This document shows, in pieces, positions 1 through 7,407 of a DNA stretch of 64,000 bases (its first letter is position 1; each line of letters opens with the position of its first letter). The notes under the pieces are model-generated. The model was not told where the DNA came from and did no database searches. It saw only the letters and a list, made by a program, of their open reading frames with translations. The position numbers and the translations under genes are program-made. This DNA is from Candidatus Bathyarchaeota archaeon (GTDB lineage: Archaea; Thermoproteota; Bathyarchaeia; Bathyarchaeales; Bathycorpusculaceae): contig CAWHXY010000001.1 of assembly GCA_963833575.1 (NCBI GenBank), positions 5,869 through 69,868 on the forward strand. The letters are read 5' to 3'.

Positions 1-235
1 TTTCAAGCATTTCGAAACCAACCAGCACATCAGCTTTTCCAGTTTCAATCAGCGGAGACTCAACCTTATCACCAATTCTTGCATACGCCACAATCGAGCC
101 TCCCCTTTGTGCCATACCATGAATTTCAGCTTTAGCGACATCAAAACCGTCAATCATTGCAGCTTCACAATATATGTCACTTAAAACTACAACCCCTTGC
201 CCTCCAACGCCGCTAAAAACTGTATCAATTTTCAT
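1..235 (-). CDS. iorB: Indolepyruvate:ferredoxin oxidoreductase beta subunit, N-terminal part (runs off window edge)
   Basis: Not in ORF track. Manual translation from ATG at 235 (ATGA overlap with iorA stop): MKIDTVFSGVGGQGVVVLSDIYCEAAMIDGFDVAKAEIHGMAQRGGSIVAYARIG; GVGGQG and HGMAQRGG are IorB/POR-gamma signatures. Confidence 0.92.
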   Translation of the reverse strand, partial: MKIDTVFSGVGGQGVVVLSDIYCEAAMIDGFDVAKAEIHGMAQRGGSIVAYARIGDKVESPLIETGKADVLVGFEMLE

Positions 236-2424
236 TTTTCTTTTCTCCTTATGGCTTCGAAGGGACAGACAGTCTCGCAGACGCCACATCCGTAACAAAG
301 AGTCGTATCTATCTCGGCTCGTTCGCCCGATTGGGAGATGGCTGGGCACCCGAAGGCTTTTACGCACACTCCGCAACCGTTGCATTTTTCCAGGACTTCT
401 CTAGGTTTGCCTCTTTCGATTAATAGTGGACAGGGTTTTTGTGAGATGATGACTGATGGTCCATTATATTCGAGTGCTTGTCTTATTGCCTCGGTTGTGG
501 CTTTAATGTCATATGGATCCACGATGTCGACTTTGTCTATTCCAATGGCTTTTGCCACATCTTGAATTCTGACTATTTTCGCGTCAAAACCCATGGCAGT
601 TTTTCCAGAGCTTGGTGTCGGCTGATGACCGGTCATGGCAACCGTGCTGTTATCCAGGATAATAACGCAGACGTTAGCCTTGTTGTACACTATATTTAGC
701 AATCCGGGCATTCCCGCATGGAAAAAAGTTGAATCCCCAATAACTGCGAAAACCTTCTCTTTTACTCCAGCATGAACCATCCCTGCAGCCTGCGAAATTC
801 CAGCCCCCATACATAAGCAAGATTGAACGGTAGTTACAGGCGGCAAAACACCAAGCGTATAACAACCAATGTCGCCAGTGACAATTTTATCATCTGATTT
901 TCCAGTCAAACTCAATGCGCTTTCAGGGCAAGCGGGAATACATTTCGGATCTCCATTGCAGGTGTCGCAAATCATGACTTTATGTGTGTTCGGATGAAGC
1001 GTGATTGCGCCGTATTTGCAGGTTTCCATGCACCATCTGCAGCCATTGCATTTTTCTTCATCAACCGAAATGGCGCCAGTTTCTGGTGATTGCCTTATCG
1101 CTTTTGGTTCGCAAGCGATTACGCATGGCGCATCTTTGCATGAATTGCAGGTTACTGCAGTATTGAAGGTTTGACCGATTCTAACTGAACGGATTCTAGA
1201 TTTTATGGGATTGAATACTTTTTCTTTCTCAAAAGAGCAAGCGTATTCGCATATGTCGCAGCCTACACATTTTTCGCTGTCGCAATGGACATGCTGGTTA
1301 ACCATGTTTAATGCATAGTAGAAGGCACGATGAGGGCATCCTGGGCAAAGCGCAGGCGGCCTTGGAGGCAAATTCAAAATCGCAGGAATCTCCCCCTTAG
1401 ACGTCAAATGTAAATTTGCAAGAACTTGCCGTACTCTATCGGGCGTAAGCTCGCCAATTTCCTCCAATCCCAGCTCGTTTTTTCCTAAAACATGCAAGCC
1501 TAATCTCTGGAAGTTTTCCTCAAGATAAGGTCTTAGCTCCTCAATTACAATCATTTTTTTGACTTTAAGTGCAAATCTTCTGGCCATTTCTGTTGGAAAA
1601 GGATAAACAAACCCTAACTTTAGCCACGAAAACTTTTTCGTGTCAAGAACTGACCGCGCATAATAGTAACCTACTCCGCTTCCTACTATTCCAATTTCAC
1701 TTGAATTGTCTTCAATAAAATTGAATCTTGAATGGTTGACAAGTGTTTTTGCCTCAGCCATCTTGACCTCTAAAACTCTGTGTTGCCGAATAGCATTTGA
1801 AGGGACCATAACCCATTTTGAACTTTGCTTGTCAAATTTCGGCTTTCGAGTCAGATTTTGCATTCGGCCAAGTTTCACTCTGGCTTTTCCGTGAGCTACT
1901 CTTGTTGTTAAGCGCAGTATGACTGGCAAATGCAGTTTTTCGCTTATCTCAAAGCCTTCTTTCGCCATATCCAAGGCCTCCTGAGGGCTACCAGCATCAA
2001 GCAACGGTAACTTTGAGTGCAGCGCAAAGTATCTCGTATCCTGCTCATTTTGGCTACTATGTAATGCAGGATCATCGCATACCGCAATTACCATTCCGCC
2101 CTCAATTCCCGTGTAAGCTAAAGTCATAGCGGCATCAGCAGCCACGTTTAAGCCAACATGCTTCATAGAAACAATAGAGCGAACACCTGCCATTGAAGCG
2201 CCGGCAGCAACCTCCGCAGCCACAATCTCGTTAATGCTCCATTCAGCATAAATACCGAATTCTCTTGCAAATTCAGCAATGGTTTCCAAAATTTCAGTGG
2301 CCGGAGTTCCAGGATAGGATGAAGCAACTTTCACGCTGGCTTCCAAAGCCCCTCTTGCAACAGCTTCATCGCCGTTTAACAAGGCAAAAGTGGCTGGCTT
2401 ATCTTGTGCAATCTTGGAAGTCAT
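232..2424 (-). CDS. iorA: Indolepyruvate:ferredoxin oxidoreductase alpha subunit with internal 4x[4Fe-4S] ferredoxin insertion
   Basis: GDEAVARGALEA, SYPGTPATEI, MKHVGLNVAAD, SSQNEQDTR, CPGCPHR, GDIGCYTLG, GDSTFFHAG, C-terminal 2x[4Fe-4S]. Start moved to ATG 2424 (MTSKIAQ) because the track start at 2520 overlaps paaK. Confidence 0.93.
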   Translation of the reverse strand: MTSKIAQDKPATFALLNGDEAVARGALEASVKVASSYPGTPATEILETIAEFAREFGIYAEWSINEIVAAEVAAGASMAGVRSIVSMKHVGLNVAADAAMTLAYTGIEGGMVIAVCDDPALHSSQNEQDTRYFALHSKLPLLDAGSPQEALDMAKEGFEISEKLHLPVILRLTTRVAHGKARVKLGRMQNLTRKPKFDKQSSKWVMVPSNAIRQHRVLEVKMAEAKTLVNHSRFNFIEDNSSEIGIVGSGVGYYYARSVLDTKKFSWLKLGFVYPFPTEMARRFALKVKKMIVIEELRPYLEENFQRLGLHVLGKNELGLEEIGELTPDRVRQVLANLHLTSKGEIPAILNLPPRPPALCPGCPHRAFYYALNMVNQHVHCDSEKCVGCDICEYACSFEKEKVFNPIKSRIRSVRIGQTFNTAVTCNSCKDAPCVIACEPKAIRQSPETGAISVDEEKCNGCRWCMETCKYGAITLHPNTHKVMICDTCNGDPKCIPACPESALSLTGKSDDKIVTGDIGCYTLGVLPPVTTVQSCLCMGAGISQAAGMVHAGVKEKVFAVIGDSTFFHAGMPGLLNIVYNKANVCVIILDNSTVAMTGHQPTPSSGKTAMGFDAKIVRIQDVAKAIGIDKVDIVDPYDIKATTEAIRQALEYNGPSVIISQKPCPLLIERGKPREVLEKCNGCGVCVKAFGCPAISQSGERAEIDTTLCYGCGVCETVCPFEAIRRKEK

Positions 2425-2434
2425 GTTGAATCCT

Positions 2435-3751
2435 TTACATTTTGCCTTTGCGCAAATCCAAAACTCTTTTTGCTTTTCCTTCGGTTCTAGGGAGCTCGCC
2501 TGGCTTAACAATTTCCACATCAGCGGATATGCCAGTTACTATGTGAATTCTTTTCTGGATGTCATTCTTCAACGCATTCTTATCCATCTTTGGATCTTTG
2601 GAAGCTTTTTCAGATAATTCGACCTTTACAACAAACGTGTCTAATGCTCCAGGCCTATCAACTACTATGAGATATTGAGTAGCTAGTTCTGAGAAACACA
2701 TTACTGCAAACTCTATTTGTGATGGGAAAACGTTTACTCCACGAATGATCAACATGTCGTCTGATCTTCCGTGCACACGAGCCATTCTGGCATGTGTCCG
2801 TCCGCATTTGCAAGGGGCGGTTTCTATTTTGGAAATATCTCTTGTCCTGTACCTGAGCATGGGTAAGCCTGTTTTACTTAATGTTGTAAAGATAAGTTCA
2901 CCTTCTTCTCCGGTAGGCAAAACTTCGCCAGTGTCTGGGTCAATTGTTTCTACAATAAAATGATCTTCGGCAATATGCAACCCATTTTGCTCAGGACATT
3001 CGATTGAAACGCCTGGACCGCAAAGTTCAGTTAATCCGTAAACATCGAACGCTTTTATTCCAAGGTCATTTTCAATTCTTTCTCTAATCTTGTCTGACCA
3101 AGGTTCTGCCCCAAACATTCCAATTTTAAGTTTGAGGTCTTTTCTTGGGTCAATCTCATCTTGCTCCATAGTTTCTGCTAAGTAAACTGCAAAGCTTGGA
3201 GTACAAGCCAAAATCGTGGCTTCAAGGTCTTTCATAAGTTTTATTTGGCGTTGAGTCATTCCCCCACTCGCAGGAATAATTTTGGTTCCAACTTTTTGAG
3301 CACCGTAATGGAAGCCCATTCCGCCTGTAAATAAGCCGTAGCCATATGCGATGTGTATTACGTCTTGTTGCCTACCGCCTGTGGTGTATATGGATCTTGC
3401 CATTAATTCTTGCCAGACATCCAAATCGCTTCTTGTGTAGGCACCGACAATTGGGTTTCCAGTTGTTCCACTTGAAGCATGAATCTCACATATCTCATCA
3501 GATTTGACAGCGACCATGCCGAACGGGTAATTATCTCGTAAATCAGCTTTAACTGTAAAAGGAATTTTCTTAAGATCATCAAGGGAGCGTATGTCTTCAG
3601 GCTTTAACCCGATGCCGTCAAATTTTTTCTTGTAAAAACCGCTGTTTTCGTAGCAATGTTTGACCTGTTCTTTTAGTTTCTTGAGCTGATGCTTTTTTAT
3701 TTCTTCAGTGGGCATGGTTTCGATTTTTTCGTTCCAGTAATTGCCAGTCAT
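2435..3751 (-). CDS. paaK: Phenylacetate-CoA ligase family protein
   Basis: HASSGTTGNP P-loop, YGYGLFTGGMGFHYG, DVYGLTELCGPG, RYRTRD, GRSDDMLIIRGVNVFPSQIE, EGKAKRV. Confidence 0.93.
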   Translation of the reverse strand: MTGNYWNEKIETMPTEEIKKHQLKKLKEQVKHCYENSGFYKKKFDGIGLKPEDIRSLDDLKKIPFTVKADLRDNYPFGMVAVKSDEICEIHASSGTTGNPIVGAYTRSDLDVWQELMARSIYTTGGRQQDVIHIAYGYGLFTGGMGFHYGAQKVGTKIIPASGGMTQRQIKLMKDLEATILACTPSFAVYLAETMEQDEIDPRKDLKLKIGMFGAEPWSDKIRERIENDLGIKAFDVYGLTELCGPGVSIECPEQNGLHIAEDHFIVETIDPDTGEVLPTGEEGELIFTTLSKTGLPMLRYRTRDISKIETAPCKCGRTHARMARVHGRSDDMLIIRGVNVFPSQIEFAVMCFSELATQYLIVVDRPGALDTFVVKVELSEKASKDPKMDKNALKNDIQKRIHIVTGISADVEIVKPGELPRTEGKAKRVLDLRKGKM

Positions 3752-3769
3752 TGCTTTTCCCTCTCTTTT

Positions 3770-4474
3770 CTAAAGGCCTAGATACACTTCTTTTATGTGA
3801 CTATTAGATAAAAGTTCCCTACTTTTTCCTTCTAAAACGATTTTGCCTTCCTCTAAAACGTAACCTCTATCTGCCACATTTAATGAGTCGTGAATGTTCT
3901 GTTCCACAAGTACAACTGTTACGCCTTCATCGTTGATTGTACGTATAGTATCTAACACTTTTTCAACGATAATTGGAGCCAAACCCAATGAAGGCTCATC
4001 GAGAATCAGCATTTGAGGGTTGCACATTAAACTTCGACAAATAACAAGCATTTGCTGCTCGCCGCCGCTAAGCGTTTGAGCTAACGCTTTTTCCTTCTTT
4101 CTTAGCACAGGAAAAATCTCGTAAACATTTTCCTTAGATTCCTTAATCTTCGCCTTATCCTTTATTGTATAGGCACCCAACATCAAGTTTTCCTCAATAG
4201 TCATGCGGGGAAAAATTTCTCTGCCTTCAGGAATCATTGTTAAGCCTTTTTTGACTATTTCATAAGTTGGCAGTTTCTCGATGTTTTCGCCTTTAAACTT
4301 GATTGTTCCATTTTTAGGATGCAGAAAACCCATGATAGTTTTTACGATGGTCGTTTTTCCTGCTCCATTAGGGCCAATGATGCTTAGAATTTCTTTCTCT
4401 TCCACTTTAAAAGTTACGTCGCGGAGTATTTGCACCATGCCATACGCCGACGAAACATTCTGGACTTCTAGCAC
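3770..4474 (-). CDS. livF: Branched-chain amino acid ABC transporter ATP-binding protein (LivF type)
   Basis: GPNGAGKTT, PEGREIFPRMT, LSGGEQQML, LDEPSLGLAP, LVEQN; GTG start. Confidence 0.92.
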   Translation of the reverse strand: MLEVQNVSSAYGMVQILRDVTFKVEEKEILSIIGPNGAGKTTIVKTIMGFLHPKNGTIKFKGENIEKLPTYEIVKKGLTMIPEGREIFPRMTIEENLMLGAYTIKDKAKIKESKENVYEIFPVLRKKEKALAQTLSGGEQQMLVICRSLMCNPQMLILDEPSLGLAPIIVEKVLDTIRTINDEGVTVVLVEQNIHDSLNVADRGYVLEEGKIVLEGKSRELLSNSHIKEVYLGL

Positions 4475-4476
4475 GT

Positions 4477-5217
4477 TTACTCCTCCTCATTAAACGTGAA
4501 CTTTTTGCCCAAGTAAACCTTCACAACGTTTTCATCATTACAAACTTGTTTGGGTGTTCCTTCGCAGATTTTTTTGCCATGTTGCAATACGATTACTCGG
4601 TCACATAAACCCATTATAACCCTCATAACGTGCTCAACAATTAGCACGCTTACCCCCTGCTTGTTAATTAGTTTGATAAGTGCAATGGCTTCATCTGATT
4701 CAGCTGGAGTTAAACCCGCAAGCAACTCGTCTAAGAGAAGCAATTTAGGACTAGTTGCTAAAGCCTTAGCAAGCTGTATACGTCGTAACTCAACCACGTT
4801 CAAGTTTTTTGCAGGAACATCAAATTTTTCTTTACCCAAACCAACAAAACCCAAAAGTTCCTGAGCCCTTGGCAAGGCACCAATTTTATCTTTTGATTTT
4901 TTCTCGTTGAAAAGCACACTTGTCAAAACATTTTCGATAGCTGTCATTTCAGGAAAAGACTGAACCGTCTGCGACGTCTTCGATATTCCTTTGGCGCAAA
5001 TCTTGTATGGCGGTAATTTGGTGATGTCTTCATTTAGAAAAACGATTTGGCCTGAATCTGGATTGTAAACGCCGCTAATAAGGTTCAAAAGTGTCGATTT
5101 TCCTGAGCCGTTTGGTCCTACAAGCCCCGTTATTTCGTTGCTGTTTACCGTTAAATCCACTTTTTTTAATGCCTGAAGCCCTCCAAACTGCTTTGAAACT
5201 TCGGTGCACTTTAGCAA
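4477..5217 (-). CDS. livG: Branched-chain amino acid ABC transporter ATP-binding protein (LivG type)
   Basis: FGGLQAL, GPNGSGKST, LLLLDE, IVEHVM, C-terminal VVKVYLG; TTG start. Confidence 0.9.
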   Translation of the reverse strand: MLKCTEVSKQFGGLQALKKVDLTVNSNEITGLVGPNGSGKSTLLNLISGVYNPDSGQIVFLNEDITKLPPYKICAKGISKTSQTVQSFPEMTAIENVLTSVLFNEKKSKDKIGALPRAQELLGFVGLGKEKFDVPAKNLNVVELRRIQLAKALATSPKLLLLDELLAGLTPAESDEAIALIKLINKQGVSVLIVEHVMRVIMGLCDRVIVLQHGKKICEGTPKQVCNDENVVKVYLGKKFTFNEEE

Positions 5218-5351
5218 ATTAGCAAATCTCCGATTAGCAAGGAATTATTCAAAGTGCAAATATAAAGTTTGGTAAAATACTGTTCCTCGATTTTTAAAAA
5301 AAGAAGAAGACAAATTATTGTCAAAAAAGAAGTGACGATTAGCGGATGCTT

Positions 5352-5582
5352 TTATTCGCCCCAATCTTCGCCTTCAATTGTTAATTCTTGAAGATCTATG
5401 CATTCGCCTCCATTTGCGATTTTTTTGACTTCGAGTTCAAGTCCGCAACCAGGACAACTCAGCACTTCTCCCTTTTCAATGTCAAAGGGAATGTTGAGGT
5501 CTGAATCGCAGTCTGGACATTTGGTTTTGTTTCCTTTGTTTTGAAAATTTGAATTTACAGGATTAATCATTATTGTTTTCAC
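5352..5582 (-). CDS. lysW: LysW/ArgW-type amino-group carrier protein
   Basis: CPDC...CPGC zinc ribbon and C-terminal EGEDWGE-stop, the LysW signature. Start may be GTG 5582 or ATG 5570. Confidence 0.88.
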   Translation of the reverse strand: MKTIMINPVNSNFQNKGNKTKCPDCDSDLNIPFDIEKGEVLSCPGCGLELEVKKIANGGECIDLQELTIEGEDWGE

Positions 5583-6030
5583 TTTTTGGTATTACACTTT
5601 CAATAAATGATGAACCTTATTAAATATTGTGACTTTTATGTTACAAATTATGCTATTCATGTTCTATTTGGTACACTTAGGCTAGAACAGAAAAATTCTA
5701 GAATACTTTTGTAAAAACATCCTGAAAACATTTCAAATCCTTTCCATTTCTTTCAAAGCTGACTTATCTGGGTTAAAGTTAAATCTCAATCTATTTTCTG
5801 GCGGTTTCAAAACTCTAAAGTTTTTTATTTGATGGACTTGAATCCTTCTTGGTTCAAATTACTTTAAGACCTACATTGCTTCCAGTTCAAATCCACCTAG
5901 TTCATTCAAATTAATCCGTGCTGGGTTCTTGAAAAATGTCGGCAAGGAAAGAATTCGAATCCATTAACTATTGAGCGTTGGGGCTCAAAGAAAGGCTAGA
6001 ATAGTCCAATCTTTTTCTCTAATGCTATCC

Positions 6031-6996
6031 TCAGAAGGTGGATATATACTGACGTTGGCCAGGCCAAGCAGCAGGGAGCTGCCTCAACCTTGATTCCGTC
6101 CTTTTAATATTTGATATTTTTGCTATCTGGTCACTAATGTCCATCATATTTTTACAATCTTTAACTAAAGCAACAACTTCCAGATCGAAGGTTCCACTTA
6201 TTTTTACCAGATACGTTACCCCCGGCATTTCCGATAATTTGTTGACAATTTCGTTTACTACGCTTTGATCTGCGAGTCCTATGCTAATTTCCAAAATACC
6301 TTGAAAGCCCAACTCTAAAGGGTTAACTTGAATTGAAACTTTGATAAAATTGTTCTCTTTGAGCCTTTCATATCTTCTCGCTATAGTAGCTGTTGTTGTC
6401 CCAATTTGCTGAGCAATTTTTCTGAAAGATAAGCGACCGTTTTCAGTAAGTGCATCAATTATTTGCATGTCCATTTCATCAATTTTTAGGGTTGGTTTTT
6501 TGACTTTTTCTTTAATGTAGTTCTCGACGTTTTGAGTTTCAGAAGGATTTGACAAAATATTTTCTGGTATGTTCCTAACGTCTGTCCAAATCTGTGTTTC
6601 AAACTCATTTATCTTGGTTTGTTTACAGATGATTTGTTTAACACGATCCAGATCACTTAGGGAATGTAATCGATAGATGGCTGCAATATTGTGTTTTGAA
6701 TTATAGTAGCGACATGTCCCAATATCAGTAATCTTGCGTAGTCGATTTAGAACATAATCAGCATCTTGCGATTCTGTATTTATCAGAATCAAAGCAAGTC
6801 CGCTGTAGCCTAGTTTTTGAAAATTAAATTGAATGGTTGCGCCTACAATTATGCCTGCTTTTTTCAACTCTTTGTAATGTGTCCAGATGACATCTTTTGA
6901 CACATGGCACTGTGCAGCGATGGAGGTAAAGTTTCTTCGCCCATCATTGAGAAGTGCTCTAAGAATTTTGACGTCTATGTCTCCGAGGTTTTTCAT
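6031..6996 (-). CDS. Lrp/AsnC family transcriptional regulator with two tandem HTH+RAM units
   Basis: DIDVKILRALLNDGRRNFTSIA and DEMDMQIIDALTENGRLSFRKIAQQIG, each followed by a ligand-binding-like domain. Confidence 0.88.
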   Translation of the reverse strand: MKNLGDIDVKILRALLNDGRRNFTSIAAQCHVSKDVIWTHYKELKKAGIIVGATIQFNFQKLGYSGLALILINTESQDADYVLNRLRKITDIGTCRYYNSKHNIAAIYRLHSLSDLDRVKQIICKQTKINEFETQIWTDVRNIPENILSNPSETQNVENYIKEKVKKPTLKIDEMDMQIIDALTENGRLSFRKIAQQIGTTTATIARRYERLKENNFIKVSIQVNPLELGFQGILEISIGLADQSVVNEIVNKLSEMPGVTYLVKISGTFDLEVVALVKDCKNMMDISDQIAKISNIKRTESRLRQLPAAWPGQRQYISTF

Positions 6997-7360
6997 ATTA
7001 TTGATTTTTCCCGTTTTACTACATAATTAAGATATGTTTAAGATTTTTCTTTTTGTTTATTTCCCAATTACGGTTATATTTGATAGATCTTGCGATGCTT
7101 GCGGGAAAATGATAAGTTTGGGCTTTAATAGTTGCCTAAGATGTCAAATTTACTTCTGCTCTCTGTGCTCATACTATTAAGAAGCTGGAATAAGCGTGAA
7201 CTTTGTTTTTTGTCTCCGCAGAATCTGTTGTCATTGTGGATGAATCGAAATGTGTTATCCTCTTTTTTCTTAAATTTAGTCTTTAACCGAATATGTGAAA
7301 TATTCGTTTAAAATTTACTGATTTAACGATTTTGTTCATTATTTTTAGTCATGTTGAAAA

Positions 7361-7407
7361 GTCTTATAAAGAAATCGTTGAAAATAATGACTTAGGAGAA
7401 AAGAAAA
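7361..7407 (+). promoter_or_regulatory. Candidate BRE/TATA box and ribosome-binding site of beta-propeller gene
   Basis: gaaaagtcttataaa followed by aggagaaaagaaaaATG; a similar cttataaa...aggagaagaaaagaaaaATG precedes the 41102 paralog. Confidence 0.55.

Noticed and set aside
2425-2520. N-terminal extension of IorA given by the ORF track
   Set aside because: Overlaps the paaK 3' end; ATG 2424 gives a normal N-terminus. Similar over-extended starts rejected for hoxU, ogg, msrB and the S51 peptidase.
5700-5960. Degenerate CRISPR array from recurring TTCAAAT
   Set aside because: Shared sequence is only 7-10 nt, spacing is irregular and no cas genes are present.
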